This document shows positions 10,648-20,640 of a stretch of 64,000 bases of DNA, piece by piece. The stretch is from Candidatus Omnitrophota bacterium (GTDB lineage Bacteria > Omnitrophota > Gorgyraeia > Gorgyraeales > Gorgyraeaceae): contig JBHPFI010000002.1 in NCBI GenBank assembly GCA_042572045.1, positions 92,245 through 156,244 on the forward strand, in the 5' to 3' direction. The notes beneath the pieces are model-generated. The model saw only the letters and a list, made by a program, of their open reading frames with translations, did no database searches and was not told the origin of the DNA. The translations under genes were made by a program, and so were the position numbers. Numbering within the stretch: position 1 is the stretch's first letter; each line of letters opens with the position of its first letter.

Positions 10648-11153
10648 TTTATTATCCCTTCTAGCCTGTATGCTTCTATAAAAGAAACTATTCCTCTGAT
10701 ATCATCTGGCCTATAAATCGGCTTATCTGTATCAAGCGATATATCGCTGAGGTAAGCAAGAATATCATCGGAATGATCCGTCTGGCCACCTACAACACAG
10801 CGGATAATCTGTATCTTTTTTATCCCAGTTCCATCATTGTAGCCTTCCATTAAGACAATATCGAAATCTGAGAAATAATCTTCGAGCTTATTCTTCAGGT
10901 TTAACAATGTCCCTTTTGGTCTTATAAGAGCGATCTGGTCATCCGAGGTAAGAAATATACCCTCGCTCCCGGCATGGGAGAATCTCCATGAATCCTTTCC
11001 CTCGATATCAAGATCAAAGCCATGAGGACAATGTTTAGCAACCGCAACTTTATTCCCCAGTCTTTTGAATTCTTTTAAAAGTTTGAGGATCAATGTAGTC
11101 TTTCCAGAATCAGACCTTCCGATTATAGATAAAATAAAAGGTCTTGTTTTCAT
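10644..11153 (-). CDS. mobB: molybdopterin-guanine dinucleotide biosynthesis adaptor MobB
   Basis: Start moved to ATG 11153 (ATGA overlap with fdhD). P-loop GRSDSGKTT. Confidence 0.8.
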   Translation of the reverse strand: MKTRPFILSIIGRSDSGKTTLILKLLKEFKRLGNKVAVAKHCPHGFDLDIEGKDSWRFSHAGSEGIFLTSDDQIALIRPKGTLLNLKNKLEDYFSDFDIVLMEGYNDGTGIKKIQIIRCVVGGQTDHSDDILAYLSDISLDTDKPIYRPDDIRGIVSFIEAYRLEGIIK

Positions 11154-11914
11154 ATGACCCTTTCTCTTGCTGTATAGATATTCATCTTCTGGCCACGCGC
11201 AAAACCCACTAAGGTCACATTCCAAGATTCTGCCAACTTAACTGCCTGATCAGTGGGGGCGCTTCTTGATATAATAAAAGAGGTGCCCATCTTTTGTATC
11301 TTAAACATTATATCGCTAGAGATACGACCTGAAGTCAAGACTATAAAGTCTTTCGTATCCAAGTCCTTCATTAATGCCTCGCCAATCACCTTATCTATGG
11401 CGTTATGCCTTCCGATATCTTCTTTAAAGATAGCAATATCTTTACCGTCACTTAAGGCAGCGCTATGCACCCCTCCTGTCTTACGATATGTTACGGATCT
11501 CTTTTCAAAACACTTCATTAAATCAAATATCCGATCCCCGGAAATCTTAAAGTCGTTGTTCAGCTTTTTGAAGTGCACTGGATCTAATGCATTATAAAAA
11601 ATCACCCCCCTGCCACAACCGGATGTATAGAGCCTTTTAAACAAAATTTCAGAGGGGTAATTATTATGCTTCAATGTGACGTATGAGGCCCATTTTTGCC
11701 TGACGATTACAATATCCTTTATTTCCTCGCGCTTCTTAATCAAACCCGCTGAAAAAAGAAAACCTGCGCTAAGCTCCTTAAGATCATCCGGACTACATGA
11801 AAGAGTAACAATTTCTTTATCATTAAGATAGAGGGTTAAAGGGACCTCTTCAATCACTATATCTTTAAGGTTATCTTTTTTGTCCTTATTTATTTTCAAT
11901 ATATCGATTTCCAT
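11150..11914 (-). CDS. fdhD: formate dehydrogenase accessory sulfurtransferase FdhD
   Basis: 254 aa. Conserved SGCG..G and GGVH blocks. Confidence 0.85.
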   Translation of the reverse strand: MEIDILKINKDKKDNLKDIVIEEVPLTLYLNDKEIVTLSCSPDDLKELSAGFLFSAGLIKKREEIKDIVIVRQKWASYVTLKHNNYPSEILFKRLYTSGCGRGVIFYNALDPVHFKKLNNDFKISGDRIFDLMKCFEKRSVTYRKTGGVHSAALSDGKDIAIFKEDIGRHNAIDKVIGEALMKDLDTKDFIVLTSGRISSDIMFKIQKMGTSFIISRSAPTDQAVKLAESWNVTLVGFARGQKMNIYTARERVI

Positions 11915-12489
11915 ATATTTCGCAAATCCTCTGGGCTGTTGATATTTATAAATGAAGTTGATTCTTCCTTTTCTGCTTTTACATATTTACAATTAACCTG
12001 GGTTAAAAGATTCGCCATGGAAAAATCTCGCCGTCTTATCGCATTCTCTAGACTGGCGATAGTCGCCTTGGAGTAAACAGCGTGCAAAGGCTCTAGGCCT
12101 CTATCACTACAGGGGACAACGCAATCAGCCTGATCCTCCTTTGCAACATCTAATAATCTTACGATTAACTCGTTATGCAAAAAAGGCATATCGCAGGCCA
12201 CAAAAAAGGCCTTGGGATTTACGATTGCCTTTAGGCCTGTGTAGATACCACCTAATGGACCGCAGTCCTTTACTACATCCTCGACTATCTTAATATCTTT
12301 AAATTCGGAAAATTTATCTTTATCATCAGTTACAATAAATATTTTGTCAAAAATCGAGCTAAACACATCTAAAATAATATCGATAATCCTTTTGCCATTG
12401 ACTCTAATAAATGGCTTGGGAGAACCCATTCTGCTACTTTTTCCGCCCGCTAAGATAACTCCTGAAAAAGAGTTACGCGCATTTCCCAT
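11896..12489 (-). CDS. mobA: molybdenum cofactor guanylyltransferase MobA
   Basis: 197 aa. The LAGGKSSRMG motif is present. Confidence 0.8.
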   Translation of the reverse strand: MGNARNSFSGVILAGGKSSRMGSPKPFIRVNGKRIIDIILDVFSSIFDKIFIVTDDKDKFSEFKDIKIVEDVVKDCGPLGGIYTGLKAIVNPKAFFVACDMPFLHNELIVRLLDVAKEDQADCVVPCSDRGLEPLHAVYSKATIASLENAIRRRDFSMANLLTQVNCKYVKAEKEESTSFININSPEDLRNIWKSIY

Positions 12490-12490
12490 A

Positions 12491-15160
12491 TCATTTCCTT
12501 AGCTTTTTTATTTGAACTGCGCAGACTTTGGTTTCAGGGATTTTAGCTACCGGATCCATAGCGGAGTTTGTGATGACATTTGTCGGGCTCTCTGAAAAAT
12601 GGAAAGTCATAGATACTACCCCCGGCGGACAAATATCCGTCAATTTTGTTCTGACCTTGATCTTGCCGCGACGGGAAATGATCTGGACTATTTCTCCGTC
12701 ATCAATCCCATGGCAAGCTGCATCCTTTGGATTAATATTCAATAATTCTTGAGGGTTTAGCGCATCTAATCCTTTCACCCTCCGCGTCAAAGTGCTCGTA
12801 TGAAAAAGATAGAGGCTGCGATCGGTTGTCAAAATTAAAGGGTATTCCTTATCCGGGCATTCAGCAGGAGCTCTATATTTTAAAGGTATAAATTTACCTT
12901 TTCCGTTTTTGGTGGCAAACTTCACGGCATGGAGGAATTGTGTACCGGGATGTTCCGAAGAAACGCAAGGCCATTGAAGTCCGATGTCTTCTATACGAGC
13001 ATACGATATCCCCTGATAGCTCGGTGTAAGTAAGGCAATCTCGTCCATAATCTCGCGGGGGTGCGTAAAATCAAACCCTTTAGCCTTAAGCCTTTTAGCA
13101 ATTTCGCAAATTATCCACCAGTCTGGTTTTGTTCCATTAATCGGATCTATTGCCTTGTGCACCCGTTGAATGCGCCTTTCGGTGTTGGTATAAGTGCCGT
13201 CTTTTTCTGCAAAACTTGCAGCAGGTAAAACTACATCCGCCAATTTCGCGGTCTCTGATAGAAATAGATCCTGGGCTACAAAAAATTCAAGTCTTTTTAA
13301 CGCCTTTTCAACATGTCTGGAATTTGCCTCGCTTAAAATCGGATTCTCACCCATTAAATAGAGCATCTTGATCTTTCCATTATATATAGCATCGGATATC
13401 TCAAGATGTGTCAGGCCTATTTTATCTGACAAGCTAACACCCCAAGCTGTTTCGAATTTCTCTTTCACATCCGCATCATTTACTTTCTGATAACCGGGAT
13501 AGACATTTGGTAAGGCTCCCAGATCACACGCGCCCTGAACATTATTCTGCCCCCTCAAGGGATTAACTCCACTGGAAGGTTTTCCGATATTACCTGTCAG
13601 TAGTGCCAGATTGCTGGTTGCGAGTACATTGTCAGTGCCATGAGTATGCTGCGTAATACCCATCGCATAAAAAATAGCTGCAGGCTTTCTGGTAGCATAA
13701 AAACAGGCTGCTTCGATTATCTTTTTCCTGGGTACATCTGTAGCCTTCTCTACAAAGTCTAGGTCGAAACTATCAAGTGCCTCTTCAAACGCTTGGAAAT
13801 TCTCGCAATTCTTCTCTATAAAAGGTTTATCGATCAGCCCTTTTTCAACAATGACACGCATTATACCCATAAGCAGCGCTACATCACTACCCGGTCGGTG
13901 CTGTAGAAAGATATCAGCATGCCGACATAGATCAATTTCTTTGGGATTAGCTACGATAAGCTTTGCGCCGTTTTGCACGGCCTCCTTTATTTTAAGGGCG
14001 ATTACCGGATGCGCAGCTGTAGTGTTTGTACCTATAGCCAAGATACATGCCGCGCGACTAATTTCACTAATAGAGTTCGTCATTGCGCCGCTTCCAAGAC
14101 TCTGTACTAAGCCAGCAACTGTAGGCGCATGACAAAGCCTTGCGCAATGGTCAATATTATTTGTACCCATTACAGCTCTGGTGAATTTCTGCATAAGGTA
14201 ATTTTCTTCGTTTGCGCACTTAGCAGAAGAAAGTGCAGCAAAATCATCGCTCTTACAATAAGAAAATTTTTCTGCAACTAAATCAAGGGCCTCTTTCCAG
14301 GAGGCCTTCACAAATTTACCTTTTTTCTTAATAAGCGGGGATCTGAGGCGTTCTGGATGATGAATAAAATCAAAACCAAATCTGCCCTTGACACAAAGTA
14401 TACCTCTATTAACAGGGTTATCTCGGTCGCCACTGACACTGACTATTTTTTTATTGCGCACCCATAAATATATGCCACAGCCAACACCACAATAAACACA
14501 GGTGGACCTTACTTTGCTATCTGGGTTCTGAGGTTTCTTCAATCTCAATGCATCTGTAGGACACCTAACGAGGCACTCTCCACATGCTTCGCATATTGAC
14601 TCTTTTAAAGGTTTATTTGCAAATGTGCCGATTGTCGTATCGTATCCGCGGAATAGAAAATCAATAGCGCCTAGTCTCTCGATTTCCTCGCAAGTACGCA
14701 CGCAGATTCCGCATAGTACGCATTTATTCATATCGCGATCAAAGAAAGGGTTTGAACTATCAATGGCATATTTCTTTTTAGATATCCTGAAGCGCTTCAA
14801 GTCTTCTTTTGTAATTCCTACGTACTTGGCAATTTTAAGAAGTTCATTTTGTTTATTTTGATCGCGACGAGCCTTGCCTGAAAGATTATTGACAATAAGC
14901 AATTGTGTAGACAATCGACGTACCTTATCGACCTCAGTGCTACGAGTCTTAACGACCATACCTTCTTGGATAGGAGTATGACAGGAAACAGTAAGTCCTT
15001 TCCCTTTAACATCTACCATGCATAACCTGCACACGCTAACAGGTTTTAGATCAGGATGATAACAAATATGAGGAATATAGATATTATTACTAAGAGCTGC
15101 CTCTAATATACTCATACCCTCTTTTAGTTGTATTTTTTTGTTATCAATAGTTATATTCAT
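12491..15160 (-). CDS. fdhA: formate dehydrogenase catalytic subunit (Mo/W-bisPGD, Cys type) with N-terminal 2Fe-2S/4Fe-4S domains
   Basis: 889 aa and uninterrupted. The active-site region HCARLCHAP has Cys where Sec-type enzymes have U. Confidence 0.9.
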   Translation of the reverse strand: MNITIDNKKIQLKEGMSILEAALSNNIYIPHICYHPDLKPVSVCRLCMVDVKGKGLTVSCHTPIQEGMVVKTRSTEVDKVRRLSTQLLIVNNLSGKARRDQNKQNELLKIAKYVGITKEDLKRFRISKKKYAIDSSNPFFDRDMNKCVLCGICVRTCEEIERLGAIDFLFRGYDTTIGTFANKPLKESICEACGECLVRCPTDALRLKKPQNPDSKVRSTCVYCGVGCGIYLWVRNKKIVSVSGDRDNPVNRGILCVKGRFGFDFIHHPERLRSPLIKKKGKFVKASWKEALDLVAEKFSYCKSDDFAALSSAKCANEENYLMQKFTRAVMGTNNIDHCARLCHAPTVAGLVQSLGSGAMTNSISEISRAACILAIGTNTTAAHPVIALKIKEAVQNGAKLIVANPKEIDLCRHADIFLQHRPGSDVALLMGIMRVIVEKGLIDKPFIEKNCENFQAFEEALDSFDLDFVEKATDVPRKKIIEAACFYATRKPAAIFYAMGITQHTHGTDNVLATSNLALLTGNIGKPSSGVNPLRGQNNVQGACDLGALPNVYPGYQKVNDADVKEKFETAWGVSLSDKIGLTHLEISDAIYNGKIKMLYLMGENPILSEANSRHVEKALKRLEFFVAQDLFLSETAKLADVVLPAASFAEKDGTYTNTERRIQRVHKAIDPINGTKPDWWIICEIAKRLKAKGFDFTHPREIMDEIALLTPSYQGISYARIEDIGLQWPCVSSEHPGTQFLHAVKFATKNGKGKFIPLKYRAPAECPDKEYPLILTTDRSLYLFHTSTLTRRVKGLDALNPQELLNINPKDAACHGIDDGEIVQIISRRGKIKVRTKLTDICPPGVVSMTFHFSESPTNVITNSAMDPVAKIPETKVCAVQIKKLRK

Positions 15161-17007
15161 ATTATCTTCACTGCCCCGAATTTACAGACATCAAAACAGA
15201 CATTGCATTTAATACATTTACTTTTGTTTATTTTGTGAGGCTTTTTCTTTTCTCCGGAAATAGCTTTATTAGGGCATGCTTTTTTGCATACGCCACAACC
15301 AATACATTTGACTTCATCAATAGAATATTGAATCAATGGCTTACAGACACCAGCAGGACATTTTTTATCTTTAATATGACTCTCATATTCTTTACGAAAA
15401 TACCTTATAGTAGTTAAAACAGGGTTTGGCGCTGTTTGTCCAAGACCACAGAGAGAGCCTGCTTTAACTGTTTCTGACAACTCAGAAAGTAAATCAATAT
15501 CTTTTTCTTTTCCTTTTCCCTCAGTTATATCATTTAAGATCTCTAGGATCTGTTTTGTACCTAACCTGCAAGGAACGCACTTACCACAAGATTCTTTCTG
15601 AGTAAAATCAAGGAAAAACTTCGCAAAATCCACCATGCAGGTATTTTCATCCATTACTACCATGCCGCCCGAACCCATAATAGTCCCAGCTGTTTTAAGC
15701 GAATCATAGTCTACTGGTATATCCAATAAGTCTTTAGGGATACATCCTCCTGAAGGACCTCCTGTCTGAATAGCCTTGAATGTCTTATCTTTAAGAACGC
15801 CTCCGCCTATATCATAGATCATCTTTCTGAGAGTAACACCAAAAGGCACTTCTACAAGGCCTGTCTTCTTTACCTTGCCCACTAATGCAAATGTCTTAGT
15901 GCCCTTGCTATCTTTAGTACCATACCTACTAAATACATCTGCTCCTTTTTGCAAGATAAATGCTACTGATGCAAGTGTTTCTACATTATTTATTATTGTA
16001 GGTTTTTTCCACAAACCTGAGATAGCAGGAAATGGCGGCCTGGGACAGGGCATTCCACGATTACCCTCAATAGAAGCAATAAGCGCCGTCTCCTCGCCGC
16101 ATACAAAGGCACCCGCGCCTTCTTTTATCTTTATATGGAACTTAAATCCTGAATCCAGGATATTATTGCCCAACAGCCCTAATTCTTGCACCTGTTTAAT
16201 AGCTATTCGCAATCTTTCCAATGCAAGCGGGTACTCTGCACGACAATAGATATAACCTTCCTTAGCTCCAATCGCAAAACCTGCTATAAGCATTCCCTCT
16301 ATCAGAGAATGAGGATCTCCTTCAAGAAGAGACCTATTCATAAAAGCGCCTGGATCACCTTCATCTGCATTACATATAAGATATTTTTCTTTTTCTTTAA
16401 CATCCCTACAGAGCTGCCATTTTCTCCATGTAGGAAAACCAGCTCCGCCCCTTCCTCTTAAACCTGATTTTTTTATTTCTTCTACTATTTTATCAGGCTC
16501 TAAACTGAGCGCTTTTACAAATCCAGCATAACCACCATTGGCAAGACTATGTTTTATATTTGTAGGATCAATAAAACCACAGTTTCTTAAAATCACCCTT
16601 ACTTGTGGTTGAAAAACGGGTGTTTGGAATAAATCAGGAAGGCCTTTTATCTCTCCATCACCAATAGTCCCTAATGCATAATTTAATAAAAGATCATCTT
16701 TAAGAAGATATTTATCAACAAGTTCTGCGGCCTTGCTGGAAGTAACATTAGCATAACAAATGATTGGCTTTGAAGGTTTTTTGATGCAGACTATTGGCTC
16801 AGCATAACATAATCCAATACAACCTACTTCGATTATATTGCAATCAATGTCGAGCTTCTTAACTCTTTCCCGAAAAACATCAAGTACATCTGAAGAACCA
16901 GCAGAATGACCGCAAGTAGCGTTGCCTACAAGCAGCAATGGCTTATTACTGGACTCCAGCTCTTTCCACTCTTTTTTCGCTGTATTCTTGAGTTCATCAA
17001 AGTTCAT
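15157..17007 (-). CDS. NuoF-like NAD(H)/FMN-binding Fe-S subunit of the FDH complex
   Basis: 616 aa. GRGGAGFPT FMN/NADH motif and C-terminal 2x[4Fe-4S] (CIGCGVCKKACP, CIKCNVCFDVC). Confidence 0.9.
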   Translation of the reverse strand: MNFDELKNTAKKEWKELESSNKPLLLVGNATCGHSAGSSDVLDVFRERVKKLDIDCNIIEVGCIGLCYAEPIVCIKKPSKPIICYANVTSSKAAELVDKYLLKDDLLLNYALGTIGDGEIKGLPDLFQTPVFQPQVRVILRNCGFIDPTNIKHSLANGGYAGFVKALSLEPDKIVEEIKKSGLRGRGGAGFPTWRKWQLCRDVKEKEKYLICNADEGDPGAFMNRSLLEGDPHSLIEGMLIAGFAIGAKEGYIYCRAEYPLALERLRIAIKQVQELGLLGNNILDSGFKFHIKIKEGAGAFVCGEETALIASIEGNRGMPCPRPPFPAISGLWKKPTIINNVETLASVAFILQKGADVFSRYGTKDSKGTKTFALVGKVKKTGLVEVPFGVTLRKMIYDIGGGVLKDKTFKAIQTGGPSGGCIPKDLLDIPVDYDSLKTAGTIMGSGGMVVMDENTCMVDFAKFFLDFTQKESCGKCVPCRLGTKQILEILNDITEGKGKEKDIDLLSELSETVKAGSLCGLGQTAPNPVLTTIRYFRKEYESHIKDKKCPAGVCKPLIQYSIDEVKCIGCGVCKKACPNKAISGEKKKPHKINKSKCIKCNVCFDVCKFGAVKII

Positions 17008-17009
17008 GA

Positions 17010-17465
17010 TTATTTTTTATCTTTCTTCGCGAAAAGTTCTTTTACCTTTTTAGGGGTCAATTTGGCTTTAACTTCTTTGTTTATCATGATACAAGGCGAT
17101 AAGCCGCACGCTCCTATACATGCGACAGTATCAAGCGAATATTCCAGATCAGGTGTGGTCTCTCCCTGTTTTATGCCAAGCTGTTTCTCTATTTCCTCTA
17201 ATATCCGCGGCACACCTTTTACATAACAGGCAGTGCCACGGCATACTACTACATGCTTCTTTCCAATGGGAGTGGATCTAAACTGTGCATAGAATGTAAC
17301 AACTGCATATACTCGACTCTCGGACACACGGACAAATTTGGCTATTTCCAACAAAGTATCTTCGGGGAGATATCCTAGCTTCTCCTGGACCTGTTGCAAA
17401 ATCGGAATCAACTCATCCCTTGTCCCTTTATAGCTTGATAAGATTTTTTTCAAACATGCCCGCAT
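17010..17465 (-). CDS. NuoE-like thioredoxin-fold [2Fe-2S] subunit
   Basis: Start set at MRACLKK (AAGGAG RBS); the ORF track allows a start at 17498. Cys ligands C..C....C.AC are present. Confidence 0.8.
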   Translation of the reverse strand: MRACLKKILSSYKGTRDELIPILQQVQEKLGYLPEDTLLEIAKFVRVSESRVYAVVTFYAQFRSTPIGKKHVVVCRGTACYVKGVPRILEEIEKQLGIKQGETTPDLEYSLDTVACIGACGLSPCIMINKEVKAKLTPKKVKELFAKKDKK

Positions 17466-17497
17466 CTTTTCTCCTTCTTTAACCCGGACTTTCTCCA

Positions 17498-17545
17498 ATT
17501 ATACACCCAAATAAAAACCCCATGCAACTTTTAAGGAGATTTTTT
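17498..17545 (-). promoter_or_regulatory. hairpin/promoter module upstream of the FDH operon
   Basis: Minus strand reads AAATCTCCTTAAAAGTTGCATGGGGTTTTTATTTGGGTGTATAAT. That is TTGCAT (17522-17527) -N18- TATAAT (17498-17503) with a TG extension. It belongs to the same family as the modules at 20832, 29397, 36763 and 39053. Confidence 0.55.
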
Positions 17546-17679
17546 ACAGGCTGCGGAATTATATCCTCTATTTTTTATAAGCGAATAAATCATTAAGGGT
17601 TTCAACATAACCCTTTTTCCCTACTGTTATAATGTCAAGATATAATTGGTAGCTGTCCCTAGTTATATAAAGTGTGACA

Positions 17680-19515
17680 TTATTTTGATTGTGCGCTACG
17701 GCTCACTCGCTTACGATCTACTTCTGCTAAATGCAATTTCCGGAGCCTTATATACTTGGGAGTTATCTCAACCAATTCATCATCCTCAATAAACTCAAGA
17801 GCAAACTCAAGGGTAATTTGCCGCGGAGGTATAAGCGCAATCGCGTCATCACTTCCTGAAGCGCGCATATTAGTTAATTTCTTTCCACGTAAGGCGTTTA
17901 CAACAATATCGGTCCCTTTGTTGTTTACACCAACAATCATCCCCTCATATAGCTTTTCTCCTGGTTTAACAAAAACCTCACCACGTGCCTGTAAATTATA
18001 AAGCGCATACGCCACCGCATCACCGCATCCATGTGAAATGAGAACACCGCTTTGACGTGTAGGCATATCTCCTTTATAGGTCTGATATTCAAGGAAATTT
18101 TGGTACATGATGCCGCTACCTCGGGTCATCATAAGAAACTCGCTTCTAAACCCAATTAATGCCCTTGAGGCAATAACAAATTCCATACGGATAGTGCCGG
18201 AAGATGTTGTCTTTAGGTCGCGCATTTGAGCCTTGCGAACTCCAAGCTTCTGCATAACAACGCCCTGATGCTCATCTTCCACCTCGATTATCACCTCTTC
18301 AACAGGCTCGAGCGTTTGACTGCCCATTTTCTTCAAAATAACCTGCGGTATGGAGACCTCCATCTCATACCCTTCACGACGCATTGTTTCAATAAGAATA
18401 GCAAGGTGCAGTTCACCACGACCTGAAACCTTTAACCGCTCAGTTCCCGCAATCTCCTCGACCTTGATGCCAACATTGATCATAGCCTCATGCTCAAGAC
18501 GCTCCCGTATATGTCGTGATGTTAAAAATCTGCCGCCATCCTTGCCTGAAAGAGGGCTTGTATTATGAGAAAAATTCATAGAGATCGTGGGCTCATCTAT
18601 CTTAATAGTAGGTAATCCTTTTGGCTCACTAATACACGTAAGCGTCTCTCCAACCTCTACGCCTTCTATACCGGAAATTGATATAATATCTCCTGCTATA
18701 GCCTCATTGGCCTCAATACGAATTAGTCCACGATACTTCATAATCTTAGTTGCCTTGCCTCTGGCAACAGTCCCATCGCGTTTCACAAGCGCCACGGGAT
18801 CCCCAACGCGGACAGCCCCATGAAAAACCCTCCCTATAGCAATTCGCCCAACATAAGAGTCATAATCAAGCATTGTAATCAGCATCTGAAAAGGCAGATC
18901 AGGATTAGCTATCGGCGGCAATACCCTATGCAGGATAGTCTCTAAAAGAGGCTTCATAGAGTCTCTCGGCTCATCAAGATCAAGGGTCGCGTAACCATCC
19001 TTTCCTGAAGCGTAAACAATCGGAAAATCAAGCTGTTCATCAGAAGCGTTCAGCTCACAAAAAAGATCAAATGTCATATCCGCCACTTCATCCGGGCGGG
19101 CATGAGGACGATCAAGCTTATTTATCACAAGTATTGGTTTTAAATGCAACTCGAGCGACTTCTTTAAAACAAATTTAGTCTGCGGCATAGGGCCTTCAAA
19201 AGCATCAACAAGAAGAAGTACGCCGTCAACCATCTTAAGAATACGTTCGACCTCACTGCCAAAATCAGCATGCCCAGGCGTATCAACAAGATTGAATTGT
19301 ACCCCTTTATATTGGAGAGAAGCGTTTTTAGACAGAATAGTAATACCTCTTTCTTTCTCAAGAGGATTTGAGTCCATTACGGCAACCTCACCCTCTTTAA
19401 ACTCATAGGCGCCTGTATATTTAAGGAGGGCATCTACAAGGGTAGTTTTCCCATGGTCAACGTGCGCTATAATCGCGAGGTTCCTTACATCTTTTCTTCT
19501 TTTTTGATTTGGCAT
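17680..19515 (-). CDS. typA: translational GTPase TypA/BipA
   Basis: 611 aa. AHVDHGKTT, DTPGH and NKLD G-motifs. Confidence 0.95.
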   Translation of the reverse strand: MPNQKRRKDVRNLAIIAHVDHGKTTLVDALLKYTGAYEFKEGEVAVMDSNPLEKERGITILSKNASLQYKGVQFNLVDTPGHADFGSEVERILKMVDGVLLLVDAFEGPMPQTKFVLKKSLELHLKPILVINKLDRPHARPDEVADMTFDLFCELNASDEQLDFPIVYASGKDGYATLDLDEPRDSMKPLLETILHRVLPPIANPDLPFQMLITMLDYDSYVGRIAIGRVFHGAVRVGDPVALVKRDGTVARGKATKIMKYRGLIRIEANEAIAGDIISISGIEGVEVGETLTCISEPKGLPTIKIDEPTISMNFSHNTSPLSGKDGGRFLTSRHIRERLEHEAMINVGIKVEEIAGTERLKVSGRGELHLAILIETMRREGYEMEVSIPQVILKKMGSQTLEPVEEVIIEVEDEHQGVVMQKLGVRKAQMRDLKTTSSGTIRMEFVIASRALIGFRSEFLMMTRGSGIMYQNFLEYQTYKGDMPTRQSGVLISHGCGDAVAYALYNLQARGEVFVKPGEKLYEGMIVGVNNKGTDIVVNALRGKKLTNMRASGSDDAIALIPPRQITLEFALEFIEDDELVEITPKYIRLRKLHLAEVDRKRVSRSAQSK

Positions 19516-19593
19516 ATTCTTTTAGTTTTATTTTTCCGCAACAATTCCTCTGCTATTTTAAAACCGTGTCTTCTGAAGACACGTTACCCCCCC

Positions 19594-19629
19594 AAAAAAA
19601 ATAAAAAAGGCGTTAGTCTTCTTACGCCT
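19594..19629 (-). terminator. rho-independent terminator after the zinc-ribbon gene
   Basis: Minus strand AGGCGT-N10-ACGCCT followed by TTTTTTATTTTTTTT. Confidence 0.6.
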
Positions 19630-19739
19630 TTTGGGATAAGTTACTTTGTGTTTTGAATTTGTGTAGCTTTCTTCCTTGCGCTCTCTTTTTTTAATGGTGA
19701 GCAAGGTAGCTGAAGGCTGCCACGTCGAACCACAAATAT

Positions 19740-20240
19740 TTAAGCACGTTTTTTTCTACGTGCAAAAAATGACTTCTTCTTTTTAACGGGCTTCTGCCTT
19801 TTCTCAAGCCTCTTTTTATCGGAATAACGTTCCCGGGAAAAATCTCTTTGTTCGGGCTTATTATTCCGGTTTGCGTTAAACAGGTTGCCTTTTTTGCGCT
19901 TTGAAAAACAATCCTTGCAGTATACCGGACGGTCTCCGCTGGGTTTAAAAGGGACTTCGCATTCTTTGCTGCAGTCTGCGCAAATAACCCGAGTATAAGT
20001 TCTTTCCCTGGGGCCACTGTCTTGTTTTCCCCTGTCATGGCGATGAAAGTGATTGAAGCGCTGGGAAGGCTTTTGGGAATAGCTTTTCTCAAAAGGCCTT
20101 TTTGAAGACTGGCTGATTAAGATATCCAGCTTCTTCTCCATGGCACTCAACTGCTGCTGCACTTTATTAATGCAGTCAGCTACACCCGGCTCATCCTGCG
20201 GCGCGACTAATAAACTTTTGTGTTTAAAACGCTTTTTCAC
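19740..20240 (-). CDS. basic zinc-ribbon protein (CxxC-x16-CxxC), long paralogue
   Basis: 166 aa with a GTG start. Core is ICADCSKECEVPFKPSGDRPVYCKDCFSKRK, flanked by K/R-rich tails. Confidence 0.6.
   Translation of the reverse strand: MKKRFKHKSLLVAPQDEPGVADCINKVQQQLSAMEKKLDILISQSSKRPFEKSYSQKPSQRFNHFHRHDRGKQDSGPRERTYTRVICADCSKECEVPFKPSGDRPVYCKDCFSKRKKGNLFNANRNNKPEQRDFSRERYSDKKRLEKRQKPVKKKKSFFARRKKRA
19894..19985 (-). repeat. 92-bp perfect direct repeat, copy A (zinc-ribbon core)
   Basis: Identical over 92/92 nt to 20447-20538, checked base by base. Confidence 0.9.
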
Positions 20241-20430
20241 ATTACACCTTTCTTTTTACCTACTGTAACACAAATAAAAACCCCTTGCGACTTATTTTGC
20301 TACAAGGAGTTAAAAGTAGTGGCCTTTCGACGCGTTCGTCGCTTCGCTCGCTTGCTCACCGCCACCGAACGATCCGTAAAGCTACCTTTGCGGATCTGCT
20401 AAAAGAAAGAAGCTAACAAAATCTATTCTT

Positions 20431-20601
20431 TTAACGCCTTTCGTTCTTGCGCTTTGAAAAACAATCCTTGCAGTATACCGGACGGTCTCCGCTGGGTTTA
20501 AAAGGGACTTCGCATTCTTTGCTGCAGTCTGCGCAAATCGCCTTGTGCATCTCCCGTGACCCTCCGCCGTATCCACCACCACTACCTCCTTGATATCCCA
20601 T
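20431..20601 (-). CDS. Gly-rich zinc-ribbon protein, short paralogue (56 aa, absent from ORF track)
   Basis: ATG at 20601 with a GGGGGT RBS. Translation is MGYQGGSGGGYGGGSREMHKAICADCSKECEVPFKPSGDRPVYCKDCFSKRKNERR*. Confidence 0.6.
   Translation of the reverse strand: MGYQGGSGGGYGGGSREMHKAICADCSKECEVPFKPSGDRPVYCKDCFSKRKNERR
20447..20538 (-). repeat. 92-bp perfect direct repeat, copy B
   Basis: Identical to 19894-19985. Confidence 0.9.
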
Positions 20602-20640
20602 ATTACCCCCTTTTTTTAGTTTTGGTAAAGATTTTAGTCC

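Noticed and set aside
12491-15160. Possible selenocysteine recoding in the formate dehydrogenase.
   Set aside because: The 889-codon frame has no internal TGA. The active-site position is Cys (HCARLCHAP), and no SECIS-like hairpin is needed.
19691-20582. ORF-track ORFs 19691..20092 and 20382..20582, which share FAQTAAKNAKSLLNPAETVRYTARIVFQSA.
   Set aside because: They are the alternative frame of the 92-bp repeat. The frame giving the CxxC...CxxC zinc ribbon has start codons with RBSs and sensible ends.
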